Assembly: GCA_045632345.1 (NCBI GenBank) | Contig: JAZQWM010000052.1 | Coordinates: 5,229-69,228 of the forward strand | Source: Eubacteriales bacterium | GTDB lineage: Bacteria; Bacillota; Clostridia; Oscillospirales; CAG-272 | Length of the DNA stretch: 64,000 nt | Direction of reading: 5' to 3' | In this document: in pieces, positions 11,006 to 20,790 of the stretch | Position numbering within the stretch: the stretch's first letter is position 1 | Layout: every line of letters begins with the position of its first letter | The notes under the pieces: model-generated | Databases searched by the model: none | Told to the model about the DNA's origin: nothing | What the model saw: only the letters and a program-made list of their open reading frames with translations | Made by a program: the position numbers and the translations under genes

Positions 11006-12375
11006 TAAACTCAAAAATTCATAAATACATAGAGGAAAATAGAGAAGCGATTTTAAAGGACTATATTGACCTTCTTAAAATTCCATCAATTAGCGACACA
11101 GAGGAAGCAAAAAACGCCCTCAAATTCTTAAAGGGCAGATATGAAGAATACGGCTTTGAATGTGAGCTATATGATGACTACCTATTATCACACTTTAAAA
11201 ACGGCAAAAAAACAATAGGACTTTTCGCCCACGCCGATGTAGTGCCTGTTGATGACGGATGGACTATAACCAACCCATTTGAGCCTAAAATAGTAAACGG
11301 CGACCTTTTTGCAAGAGGTGCATCTGATGATAAAAGCGCGGTAATTATTTCCCTTTATGCTTTAAGAGCAATTAAGGAATTAAATATCCCATTTAATTCA
11401 TCCCTTGTTTGCTTTGCGGGAGCAAATGAGGAAACAACAATGCAGGATTTGAAAAGCTATATAAAAACACACACTCCCCCGGACTTTTCCTTGGTTTTAG
11501 ATGCGGGATTTCCTGTTTACTATGGAGATAAGGGAATGCTATGGCTAATGCTTACGTTTAATGATAGCAATTTTGAGGACCTTATTGACCTAAGCGGCGG
11601 TAATACCTATAACATCATTTTAGGCGAAGCAAACGGTAAGGTGAAATATTCCGAAGAGCTTTACAACGAGCTTTTAGCAAACGAAAGAATCACAGTATCT
11701 AAAAAAGATGACGTTATCGAAATACACGCCAAGGGAATTTCAAGCCATGGCGCTATGCCTTATAATAGCATAAATGCTGGTGGCGTAATCATAGAAGCGC
11801 TTTGTAACGCAAAATCATTTAGCCAAAAGGACAAGGAGCAGCTACTATTCCCACTTGCAATTTTAACCACCTATGACGGCGAAATCTTGAATATTAAATC
11901 CGAGGACGAAATATACAGAGACACAACCGCATCAACCGGTATCTTAAAAGTAGAAAACGGCAAGCTAAAATTGTCTCTTGACATCCGCTACGGCAAAACC
12001 TTTACACCTGAAACGTTAATTTCTCAGCTACAATCAACGTTTGAAAAGAAGAACGTTATCTTTGAGATTGCAAAAAGCAATGCTCCGCATCATACAAGTA
12101 TTGAAAACAAGCACATACACGCTTGCATGAAGGCGTATAGAGACCACACAGGCAGATTAGATGCTCAGCCTCGCATAAATGCAGGCGGAACGTATCTCCG
12201 TTTCTTACCAAACTGTATAGAGACAGGCACAACAACCAAGCATTGTGTAACACCACTACCAAGCGGACACGGCACCGCCCACCAAAGAGATGAGTGTATG
12301 AATTTAGAGGGCTTCTTTGAAGGACTAGAAATTATTATAAAAATGATTATTGAATGCGACAAAACAGATAATTAG
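11002..12375 (+). CDS. M20 family dipeptidase (PepV/Sapep-like)
   Basis: 457 aa with HADVVP and GASDDK motifs. ATGA start/stop overlap with the GRE gene. Confidence 0.8.
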   Translation: MINSKIHKYIEENREAILKDYIDLLKIPSISDTEEAKNALKFLKGRYEEYGFECELYDDYLLSHFKNGKKTIGLFAHADVVPVDDGWTITNPFEPKIVNGDLFARGASDDKSAVIISLYALRAIKELNIPFNSSLVCFAGANEETTMQDLKSYIKTHTPPDFSLVLDAGFPVYYGDKGMLWLMLTFNDSNFEDLIDLSGGNTYNIILGEANGKVKYSEELYNELLANERITVSKKDDVIEIHAKGISSHGAMPYNSINAGGVIIEALCNAKSFSQKDKEQLLFPLAILTTYDGEILNIKSEDEIYRDTTASTGILKVENGKLKLSLDIRYGKTFTPETLISQLQSTFEKKNVIFEIAKSNAPHHTSIENKHIHACMKAYRDHTGRLDAQPRINAGGTYLRFLPNCIETGTTTKHCVTPLPSGHGTAHQRDECMNLEGFFEGLEIIIKMIIECDKTDN

Positions 12376-12390
12376 AAAGGAAGTATCACC

Positions 12391-13227
12391 ATAAAAGCAA
12401 CAATATTTGATATTCAAAGATGCTCTCTTGTTGACGGCGAGGGAGTACGCACAACAGTATTTTTTAAAGGGTGTAACCTTAACTGTAAATGGTGTCATAA
12501 CCCCGAAGGAATTTCCAAAAGCATTCAAAAGCTATTTTATAAAAGCAAATGCACCGAGTGCGGCAAATGCAAAAGCGTATGCGAAAGCAATCAAAAATCC
12601 TGTACCCTGTGTGGCAAATGTCAGCTTTATTGTGTAAATAACGCCATAGAAATCTGTGGTAAGGAATACACAGTAAGCGAAATTTTTGATATTATATCAA
12701 CTGATAAGCATTACTACGTATCATCAAACGGCGGAGTAACATTTTCAGGCGGAGAATGTATGCTTCAAATTGATTTTCTTACCGAAATATTAAAGCTCTG
12801 TAAGGAAAATAATATAAGCACCGCAGTTGATACCGCAGGCAACGTACCTTACGAATATTTTGAAAAAATCATTCCGTATACCGATACGTTTTTGTACGAT
12901 GTTAAATGTATAACGGAAGAACTGCACAAGGAGTTTACAGGCGTTTCAAATACCCAAATCCTATCAAATCTACAAAAATTATCTGCTAACTTTAACGGTA
13001 AAATAACAGTTAGAGTCCCAATAATCGGCGGTTTTAACGACACAGATGGCGAGATTTTGAAAATAAAGAGCTTTTTGTCTGACTTAAACATCTCAAATAT
13101 TGAGCTTTCACCATATCACAAAATGGGGCTTCATAAATACGAAGCACTCAATTTAAAAATAGCAGAATTTTACGAAATTCCAAAGGATAAATTAAACCGC
13201 TTTAGCGTTTTAATGTCACCTAAATAA
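12391..13227 (+). CDS. glycyl-radical enzyme activating protein (radical SAM); no canonical start codon
   Basis: Reading frame is open from 12376. It encodes IFDIQRCSLVDGEGVRTTVFFKGCNLNCKWCHNPE (CX3CX2C) plus two ferredoxin-like Cys clusters. First ATG/GTG/TTG in frame is 12760, downstream of the cluster. The ATA at 12391 sits 7 nt after AGAAAGGAAG. Confidence 0.8.
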   Translation: MKATIFDIQRCSLVDGEGVRTTVFFKGCNLNCKWCHNPEGISKSIQKLFYKSKCTECGKCKSVCESNQKSCTLCGKCQLYCVNNAIEICGKEYTVSEIFDIISTDKHYYVSSNGGVTFSGGECMLQIDFLTEILKLCKENNISTAVDTAGNVPYEYFEKIIPYTDTFLYDVKCITEELHKEFTGVSNTQILSNLQKLSANFNGKITVRVPIIGGFNDTDGEILKIKSFLSDLNISNIELSPYHKMGLHKYEALNLKIAEFYEIPKDKLNRFSVLMSPK

Positions 13228-13233
13228 AAAACA

Positions 13234-13260
13234 AATCGCAGAGCAAAATGCTCTGCGATT
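13234..13260. terminator. bidirectional terminator between the activase and asd
   Basis: AATCGCAGAGC-AAAAT-GCTCTGCGATT flanked by an A-run and a T-run. Confidence 0.8.
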
Positions 13261-13269
13261 GTTTTTATA

Positions 13270-14271
13270 TTACTTAATAAGTTCCTCAGCAATTTGAATA
13301 GCGTTTGTAGCAGCGCCCTTTCTTACTTGGTCGCCACAGCACCAAAGCGTGATAGCGTTATCAAATACAAGGTCCTCTCTAATTCTACCAACGTAAACAA
13401 GGTCTTGATCAGACGTTACGATTGGCATTGGATATTCCTTAGCTTCGCCGTTGTCATAAAGCTTACAGCCCTTTGCGTTAGCAACTGCCTCTCTTACTTG
13501 GTCAACTGTTAATTTGTCCTCTGTGAGAACAGTTACAGAAATTGAGTGTGAACGAACAACAGGAACTCTGACACATGTGCAAGTAACCTTTAACTCAGGT
13601 AAGTGAAGGATCTTTCTACCTTCATTTTGCATCTTCATTTCCTCAGCAGTAAAGCCGTTTGCGCCGAATGAACCGATGTGTGGAATTACGTTTTCAGCAA
13701 TTTGGTGTACAAACACTTCATTCTTAATTTCGCCACCGTTAATAAGAGCGCTTTCTTGGTCGCGAAGCTCAACAGGACCGCCTGCTCCTGCACCACTTGT
13801 TGCTTGATATGTTGAAGCAATCATGCCCTTAATCTTTGAAAGCTGATTGATAGCGTTTACAGCTACTAAAGTAATAATAGTAGAGCAGTTAGGGTTAGAG
13901 ATAATACCCTTATTCTTCTTAACGTCCTCGCCGTTAATTTCTGGAACTACTAGTGGAACGTCATCGCACATTCTAAATGCGCTTGAGTTGTCAACGAAAA
14001 CTGCGCCAGCCTTTACAATGTCAGGAGCAAGCTCCTTTGCAACAGCATTTGAAGCTGCGCCAAGAACAATATCAAGTCCCTCAAATGCGCCAACCTCAGC
14101 AAGCTTAACCTCAATTTCCTCGCCCTTGAAAGCGATTTTCTTACCAACGCTTCTTGGACTTGCAAGTAATCTTAATTCATTAATAGGGAAGTTTCTTTCC
14201 TCTAAGATATTCATCATTTCACGGCCAACTGCACCGGTTGCACCTAAAATACCAACGTTATACTTTTTCAT
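13270..14271 (-). CDS. asd: aspartate-semialdehyde dehydrogenase
   Basis: 333 aa with GATGAVG and SNPNCST active-site Cys. Confidence 0.92.
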   Translation of the reverse strand: MKKYNVGILGATGAVGREMMNILEERNFPINELRLLASPRSVGKKIAFKGEEIEVKLAEVGAFEGLDIVLGAASNAVAKELAPDIVKAGAVFVDNSSAFRMCDDVPLVVPEINGEDVKKNKGIISNPNCSTIITLVAVNAINQLSKIKGMIASTYQATSGAGAGGPVELRDQESALINGGEIKNEVFVHQIAENVIPHIGSFGANGFTAEEMKMQNEGRKILHLPELKVTCTCVRVPVVRSHSISVTVLTEDKLTVDQVREAVANAKGCKLYDNGEAKEYPMPIVTSDQDLVYVGRIREDLVFDNAITLWCCGDQVRKGAATNAIQIAEELIK

Positions 14272-15599
14272 TATTCATTTACCTCGCTTAAGTTATAAAG
14301 AACTTTAATTGTTTTCTTAAAGTTAATATCGTCAACACCGATAATAATATTAATTTCATCTGCACCCTGCTCAATCATTCTAATATTGATATCATTTTCG
14401 CCAAGTGCTGTAAAGATTTTACCTGCAATACCAATATTGCAAGCGAGCTTTCTTCCAACGATAGCAATTAAGCTGATTTCATTTGCAATATTAATTGAAT
14501 CTGGCTTTAATCTGTCATTTAATGCAGAAATAAGCTCATGCATAATACCCTCAATATGATTTGAAGCAACTACAACAGAGAATGAGTCAATAGATGAAGG
14601 GATATGCTCGATTGGAATTTGGAAGTTCTCAAATACCTCAAGAGCCTTTCTTACGTAGCCGATTTCCTCATTCATTCTATTCTTTGCAATAGTAATGATA
14701 GAGTAATTCTTCTTACCTGAAATACCTGTGATAAAGTGCTTGTTCTTGTTTTCCTCATCCTCATCAAAGGATTCCATAATAAGAGTACCGCGAGCGTTCA
14801 TATCGTTAGTATTCTTAATAAATAAAGGAATATTCTTTTGTCTTACAGGGAATACAGTTTCCTCATGAAGAACCTCAGCGCCCATGTATGAAAGCTCACG
14901 AAGCTCAGCAAAGGTAACGTTTTCAATAGGTCTTGGATTTTCAACGATTCTTGGGTCAGCAGTCATAATACCGCTAACGTCAGTCCAGTTTTCGTACATG
15001 TCAACGTTCATAGCAGCCGCTGCAATAGCACCTGTAATATCAGAGCCACCTCTTGAGAATGTCTTGATGTTTCCGTCAGGAGTTGCGCCGTAGAAGCCTG
15101 GAAGAACTACCTTTGGATATGTTTCCATAATCTTTGAAAGATTATCGTAAGATTTATCAAAATCAACCTTGCCGTTATAGTTAAATACAAGCCATTCTGC
15201 GCTATCAACAAATGTGTAGCCAAGATATTCAGCCATAAGCTTTGCGTTTAAGTATTCGCCTCTTGAAACGATGTAATCAACGCTTGTTTTCTTTGAAAGC
15301 GTAGAGCGAATCTTTAAAAACTCAGTTTCAATATCCTGTGTAAGACCGCAGGAAGCATGAATTTCTCTGTATCTGTCCTCAATCTTTGAAATAACGTCAT
15401 CAAATGGAGCATTGTACTTAATATGCGCATGGCAAATATAAAGTAAGTCAGTTACCTTTGTGTCTCCGCTGAATCTCTTACCTGGAGCAGATACTACGAC
15501 AATTCTTCTTGAATTGTCAGCCTCAATAATTTTCTTTACCTTATTAAATGTTTCACCTGAGGCAAGAGATGAACCACCGAATTTTACTACCTTCAACAT
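14271..15599 (-). CDS. lysC: aspartate kinase
   Basis: 442 aa with VVKFGGSS N-terminus and a C-terminal ACT-like region. Confidence 0.9.
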   Translation of the reverse strand: MLKVVKFGGSSLASGETFNKVKKIIEADNSRRIVVVSAPGKRFSGDTKVTDLLYICHAHIKYNAPFDDVISKIEDRYREIHASCGLTQDIETEFLKIRSTLSKKTSVDYIVSRGEYLNAKLMAEYLGYTFVDSAEWLVFNYNGKVDFDKSYDNLSKIMETYPKVVLPGFYGATPDGNIKTFSRGGSDITGAIAAAAMNVDMYENWTDVSGIMTADPRIVENPRPIENVTFAELRELSYMGAEVLHEETVFPVRQKNIPLFIKNTNDMNARGTLIMESFDEDEENKNKHFITGISGKKNYSIITIAKNRMNEEIGYVRKALEVFENFQIPIEHIPSSIDSFSVVVASNHIEGIMHELISALNDRLKPDSINIANEISLIAIVGRKLACNIGIAGKIFTALGENDINIRMIEQGADEINIIIGVDDINFKKTIKVLYNLSEVNE

Positions 15600-15602
15600 A
15601 AA

Positions 15603-16748
15603 TTATTCCTCAATTCCCGCATAGAATGAAGCAGGATCCTTTTCTGTAATAGTTTTAGCAATTTCATGCATATAGGAAACAGAAATTTCATTTGTTAAAA
15701 TATATCTGCTACCGTTAATTGTTTCCTCACTCTCAAAGCAAGGATAAGATACGTCGCTGTTTGTTCTAATATAATATTTTCTCATAACTAACGAATTATC
15801 CACGTTTAACGCTTTGTCCTCAAATCTAACTGAACGAGCGCCGTTTACAATATCAATAATATCCTGAGCAAGAGCGTTACCTGTAGGATACTTACCTGCG
15901 CCCTGACCGTAGAATGAAAGACGTCCAACACTTTCGCCAAAGAGAGTAATCATGTTGAAATTCTTGTTAACGTTAGATTCTAACGCATCGCTTGATAAAA
16001 GCGTAGGCTCAACGAAAGTAGAAACACCGGTTTCACTCTTAACGCCAAAGCCGAGATATCTTACAGTCTTATTAAGCTTTCCAACTATATATTCTATGTC
16101 GCATTTTTTAATTGTGCGCATAGTAAATATGGAAACGTCGCTTTCCTTAACAACCGAGCCAAAGGCTATTGAAGAGGAAATAGCAGTTTTTCTGCCTGTA
16201 TCAAGACCGTCAACGTCAGCTGATGGATTAGCCTCAGCATAGCCAAGAGATTGCGCTTCCTTTAATACGTCATCAAAATCACGCTTGTCCGTAATCATAG
16301 CGTCAAGAATAAAGTTGGTAGTACCGTTCATTATTCCCATAATTTTGTTGATTTCGTCGCAACGAATACTTCTTTTAATATTGTATAACCAAGGAATACC
16401 GCCACCAACAGCAGAGGTGAAGCGAATAGTAACGCCGTTTTCCTTAGCAAGATTATGAAGCTCCTCAAAATATTCGCAAATTAAATGCTTGTTTGAGCTT
16501 ACTACGTGCTTGCCGGCTTTAAGAGCCTTAACCACAAACGTATGTGATGGTTCAAGACCGCCAATAGCTTCTGCAACAATCTCAATTTCCTTATCATTTA
16601 ATATATCGTCATAGTTTGAGGTAACCTTATCGCCGAGTTCCGGATGGGGACGAATATCAAGAATTCTTTTTACGTCGTAGCCGTACTTTGAAAGCACCTC
16701 AAAAGCGCCTGAACCAACCACTCCGTAGCCGAGAATTGCTATTTTCAT
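15603..16748 (-). CDS. hom: homoserine dehydrogenase
   Basis: MKIAILGYGVVGSG start at 16748. The listed ORF extends 23 codons further upstream without homology. Confidence 0.88.
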   Translation of the reverse strand: MKIAILGYGVVGSGAFEVLSKYGYDVKRILDIRPHPELGDKVTSNYDDILNDKEIEIVAEAIGGLEPSHTFVVKALKAGKHVVSSNKHLICEYFEELHNLAKENGVTIRFTSAVGGGIPWLYNIKRSIRCDEINKIMGIMNGTTNFILDAMITDKRDFDDVLKEAQSLGYAEANPSADVDGLDTGRKTAISSSIAFGSVVKESDVSIFTMRTIKKCDIEYIVGKLNKTVRYLGFGVKSETGVSTFVEPTLLSSDALESNVNKNFNMITLFGESVGRLSFYGQGAGKYPTGNALAQDIIDIVNGARSVRFEDKALNVDNSLVMRKYYIRTNSDVSYPCFESEETINGSRYILTNEISVSYMHEIAKTITEKDPASFYAGIEE

Positions 16749-16852
16749 AAAAAATTTTACCTTTCTTGTGTCTTTATTTGAAAAACACTTGTATTTTGTT
16801 GAGAAATAGTGTATCATATATAAAACAAAAAATCAAGAGGTATTTTTAAAAA

Positions 16853-18340
16853 ATGTGGTATTTAAGTACAAGAAATCAAAAAATTCAAAAAACACCGTCT
16901 CAAGCGGTGCTTCAAGGCATAGCTGATGACGGCGGATTATATATGCCAAAGAGCTTTGATAGCGCAAAATTTCCAATGGATAAGCTTATAAGCTTATCAA
17001 ATAAGGAAATCTCCGCAACAGTTCTTTCATTATTATTCAGCGATGACAAAATGTTCAACAATAATTTTGACGAGGCTTTAGCAGCAGTATCCCGTGCTTA
17101 TGACGGAAAATTTGATAATGAGGACTTCGCTCCACTCTCAAAGGTAGGCGACGCTTACGTTATGGAATTATATCACGGTCCAACGTGTGCATTTAAGGAT
17201 GTAGCTCTCCAGCTTCTTCCACAGCTTGTTGCTTGCGCAAAGAAAGCAACTGACATGAAGGATGAAATCGTAATTTTAACTGCAACAAGCGGCGATACAG
17301 GAAGCGCAGCGCTTTCAGGCTTTAGCGATGTTGACGGTGTTAAAATCATCGTATTCTATCCTAAGAAGGGCATCAGCGCAGTTCAAGAAAGACAAATGGT
17401 TTCAGTTGACGGCAAAAACACATGCGTAGTTTCCGTAAACGGCAACTTTGATGATGCTCAAAGCGGTGTTAAGAATATTTTCGCAACGTTAGAGCTTCCG
17501 GAGAGCGTTAAACTTTCAAGCGCTAACTCTATAAATATAGGAAGACTTGCTCCACAGGTAGCATACTACTTCAAAACATATCGCGACCTACTTTTAAACG
17601 ACGCTATCAAAATGGGCGATAAGGTTAACTTTATCGTTCCAACAGGTAACTTCGGCGATATTTTAGCAGGCTACTTCGCAAAGCAAATGGGCTTACCGGT
17701 TGGTCAGCTTGTTTGCGCATCTAACGAAAATAAGGTTCTTACCGATTTCTTTGAAAACGGTGTATATAATAAGAACAGAGAATTCCACGTTACAAAATCT
17801 CCATCAATGGATATTCTTATCTCCTCTAACCTTGAAAGACTTCTTTATTTAACCTGCGGAGCTGAAAAGTGCGCTCACTATATGGCAGAGTTAAAGGAAA
17901 AGGGCGAATATAAGCTTACAAAGGAAGAGCTTGACAAGATAAGAAGCGAATTTGATGCAGGCTTTACAAATGACGAGGAAACTCTTGAAACTATCAAAAA
18001 TGTTTACGAAAACCACGGATACTTAATGGATACCCATACAGCAGTAGCTTGGAGCGTTTATGAAAAATGGGTTAAGGAAACAGGAAATAAGGATGTTAGC
18101 GTTGTTCTTTCCACAGCATCTCCATATAAGTTCTCATCAAGCGTAATGAACGCGCTTGGCAAGGACTACGAGGACGAGTTTGATGCAGTAAATAAGCTTA
18201 ACGCATATACAGGCGCTAAAATCCCATCCTCACTTGTTGACATTGAAAATAAGCCAATCGTGCACAACGTAACAGTTGAAAAGGAAGATATGCTCTCCTT
18301 CGTTGGCTCAATGGTAGCAAAAAAGGTTTGGAGAGACTAA
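16853..18340 (+). CDS. thrC: threonine synthase
   Basis: 495 aa with PLP lysine context CAFKD. Divergent from hom. Confidence 0.92.
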   Translation: MWYLSTRNQKIQKTPSQAVLQGIADDGGLYMPKSFDSAKFPMDKLISLSNKEISATVLSLLFSDDKMFNNNFDEALAAVSRAYDGKFDNEDFAPLSKVGDAYVMELYHGPTCAFKDVALQLLPQLVACAKKATDMKDEIVILTATSGDTGSAALSGFSDVDGVKIIVFYPKKGISAVQERQMVSVDGKNTCVVSVNGNFDDAQSGVKNIFATLELPESVKLSSANSINIGRLAPQVAYYFKTYRDLLLNDAIKMGDKVNFIVPTGNFGDILAGYFAKQMGLPVGQLVCASNENKVLTDFFENGVYNKNREFHVTKSPSMDILISSNLERLLYLTCGAEKCAHYMAELKEKGEYKLTKEELDKIRSEFDAGFTNDEETLETIKNVYENHGYLMDTHTAVAWSVYEKWVKETGNKDVSVVLSTASPYKFSSSVMNALGKDYEDEFDAVNKLNAYTGAKIPSSLVDIENKPIVHNVTVEKEDMLSFVGSMVAKKVWRD

Positions 18341-18363
18341 TTTAGCATAAAACGAGAGAGAAA

Positions 18364-19284
18364 ATGAGAAAAATTAGAGTAAGAGTACCCGCCACATCAG
18401 CTAACGTTGGCTCTGGATTTGACTGTGCAGGCATAGCGTTTCAGCTCTATAACGAATTTGAATTTGAAAAGCTTGATAGTGGCTTTATAATTGAAGGATG
18501 CGAGGAAAAGTTTGCAAATGAGGACAATTTAGCTAACGTAGCATATAAGGCAATGTGCCAAAAATTAGGCGTTGACCCATCAGTAAGAATTAAAATAATT
18601 GAGGTAAATGTGCCTAACGCAAGAGGCTTAGGCTCGTCCTCTACGTTCATATGCGCAGGCGCATATTCTGCTATTCTTTTAAATTGCCCTAATTACATAA
18701 GAAGAAAGGACTTTTTAAAGGAAAAGTGGAACGAGCTTTGTCAGGTATGTACCGAAATTGAGGGACATCCGGACAATGTTATTCCCGCTTTATATGGCTC
18801 CCTTTGTATCACAACATGGGATGATGGCAAAATCATAAGCTACGTTTATAATATTTCCGATAAAATTCATTTTACTGTTTTAATCCCTGAATTTGAGGTT
18901 AAAACAAGTGAGGCAAGAAAGGTATTACCAAAGGAAATTACCCGTGATGATGCGGTTTATAACATGTCAAGACTTGCGCTTATGCCACACGCATTTATTA
19001 ACGGCAATTTCGAGCTTTTAAAGGTGGTAACCAAGGATAAAATCCACGAGCAATACAGAAAAAAGCTATTTAAAAACATAGACGAGGTTGAAAAAATTGC
19101 GTACGATTTAGGCGCAAGCTCCTTCGTTATAAGCGGAGCAGGCTCAACCTGTCTTTGCATGAGCGAGCATTCTATTGAAGTACAGCTTAACGAAAAGCTA
19201 AATGGACTTGAAAACAACTGGAAAGCGATTGAATTAAAGGTAGCCAAGGACGGCATCGAGGAGGTAATGTACTATGCAGAGTAA
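18364..19284 (+). CDS. thrB: homoserine kinase
   Basis: 306 aa with PATSANVGSGFD GHMP kinase motif. Confidence 0.92.
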   Translation: MRKIRVRVPATSANVGSGFDCAGIAFQLYNEFEFEKLDSGFIIEGCEEKFANEDNLANVAYKAMCQKLGVDPSVRIKIIEVNVPNARGLGSSSTFICAGAYSAILLNCPNYIRRKDFLKEKWNELCQVCTEIEGHPDNVIPALYGSLCITTWDDGKIISYVYNISDKIHFTVLIPEFEVKTSEARKVLPKEITRDDAVYNMSRLALMPHAFINGNFELLKVVTKDKIHEQYRKKLFKNIDEVEKIAYDLGASSFVISGAGSTCLCMSEHSIEVQLNEKLNGLENNWKAIELKVAKDGIEEVMYYAE

Positions 19285-19711
19285 ATATTTGTTAGTAGAT
19301 AAAAGCATACTCCCATCCTGCTTTGAAAAAGTAATTGAAGCAAGAACACTTGTTACAAGCGGCAAGGTAAAGGATGTAAGCGAGGCTGTAAAGCAGGTAG
19401 GCATTTCAAGAAGCACATACTATAAGTATAAAGACTACGTTTTCGCCACAAACACCGATACAGAATGTCGCAAGGCGGTAATTTCATTAACGTTATCCCA
19501 TAAAGCAGGACTTTTAGGCGAGGTTTTAGGCATTTTATCAACCCACGGTGCAAATATCCTAACAATTACCCAAAACCTTCCTGTAAACTCACGTGCCCAT
19601 GTAGTATTGTCAATAGATATCTCTCATATGACCTACGATATGGATACAACTTTAATCCGCCTAAACAAAACCGATGGCGTATCCAATACGAAGCTAATCG
19701 CTATTGAATAG
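19274..19711 (+). CDS. ACT domain protein (UPF0735/PheB-like)
   Basis: 145 aa. Overlaps the thrB stop; C-terminal ACT-like fold pattern. Confidence 0.7.
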   Translation: MQSKYLLVDKSILPSCFEKVIEARTLVTSGKVKDVSEAVKQVGISRSTYYKYKDYVFATNTDTECRKAVISLTLSHKAGLLGEVLGILSTHGANILTITQNLPVNSRAHVVLSIDISHMTYDMDTTLIRLNKTDGVSNTKLIAIE

Positions 19712-19764
19712 TGGTCAGCGGTCAGCGAATATCACATAAGCTATAAAATATTGAATACATAAAA

Positions 19765-19785
19765 ACTCCCAATCGGGAGTTTTTT
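19765..19785 (+). terminator. rho-independent terminator
   Basis: ACTCCC-AATC-GGGAGT followed by TTTTT. Confidence 0.75.
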
Positions 19786-19797
19786 GTTTTTTGAGTA

Positions 19798-19826
19798 TTG
19801 ACAAACATAATACTTCGTGATATGAT
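19798..19826 (+). promoter_or_regulatory. sigma-A type promoter of the PadR operon
   Basis: TTGACA, 17 nt, TATGAT with TG extended -10. AATAC...GTATT dyad overlaps it. Confidence 0.6.
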
Positions 19827-19850
19827 GTATTACGTAAGGAGGAGTATTGT

Positions 19851-20165
19851 ATGGACATTCAATTAAAACGAGGACTACTTGAAGTTTGCGTATTAACCGC
19901 AATAAAAAACAAGCCTTCCTACGGATACAAAATTATAAAGGACATAAAGCCATATATAGAAATGACCGAATCTACTCTATATACCATTCTAAAAAGATTA
20001 GAAAGCGCCAAGCTTCTTACCGTCACCACAACGGAGCACGACGGTAGATTAAGAAAATATTACCACATAACCGATGCAGGCATTAAGCGTATTAACGACT
20101 TTAAGGAAGAATGGCGAGAGGTAATGACAATTTATAAATTTGTAACGGAGGACGAAAATGAATAA
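19851..20165 (+). CDS. PadR family transcriptional regulator
   Basis: 104 aa winged-helix pattern (PSYGYKIIKDI...TLYTILKRLE). Confidence 0.85.
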   Translation: MDIQLKRGLLEVCVLTAIKNKPSYGYKIIKDIKPYIEMTESTLYTILKRLESAKLLTVTTTEHDGRLRKYYHITDAGIKRINDFKEEWREVMTIYKFVTEDENE

Positions 20166-20790
20166 GCAAGAATTTATAAAAAAGCTAAAGGAAATGCTTT
20201 CAGACTTGCCTGAAAAGGAAATCAATGACCGCATTGGCTTTTATTCAGAAATGATTGATGATAGAATAGAGGACGGCTTAACCGAGGAGCAAGCAATAAA
20301 GGACATCGGCACAGTAGAAGAGGTTGCTAAGCAAATTATAAACGAAATTCCCCTCTTTAAAATTATCAAGCATAAGCTAAAGAAATCAAAAAACAAAACT
20401 AAAAATCAAAAAACAACTAAAAAAAGAAACCGTTCATGGTGGGAAATAACCTTAATTGCCGTTGGCTCTCCAATATGGTTTTCCCTCTTAATTTCATTTT
20501 TTGCGGTAATATTTAGCCTTTATGTATCACTGTGGGCAGTAATCATATCACTTTTTGCAGTAGATTTATCGCTGCTTTTAAGCGGTCTTGCAATAATCCC
20601 CGGCGTTTTATTTATTTTTACTGAAAGCTTATCCGTAGGATTACTGATAATCGCAGGAGGCATAATGTGTATGGGCTTATCAATCCTATTTTTCTATGTA
20701 TGTAAATATACCGCAAAATTTGGTATATTCATCACTAAAAAAATCCCAAGACTAATAAAAGGCATATTTATTAGAAAGGAGCAAATATAA
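20158..20790 (+). CDS. DUF1700-like membrane protein
   Basis: 210 aa. N-terminal soluble helix region (FIKKLKEMLSDLPEKE), K-rich linker, C-terminal TM helices. 8-nt overlap with padR. Confidence 0.6.
   Translation: MNKQEFIKKLKEMLSDLPEKEINDRIGFYSEMIDDRIEDGLTEEQAIKDIGTVEEVAKQIINEIPLFKIIKHKLKKSKNKTKNQKTTKKRNRSWWEITLIAVGSPIWFSLLISFFAVIFSLYVSLWAVIISLFAVDLSLLLSGLAIIPGVLFIFTESLSVGLLIIAGGIMCMGLSILFFYVCKYTAKFGIFITKKIPRLIKGIFIRKEQI

Noticed and set aside
12407-12637. Listed 76-aa ORF and the listed 12760..13227 ORF taken as two separate genes.
   Set aside because: The activase frame is continuous from 12376 to 13227 and carries all the radical-SAM motifs. The 12407 ORF is an out-of-frame shadow. The 12760 start is only the first canonical start codon, not the biological N-terminus.
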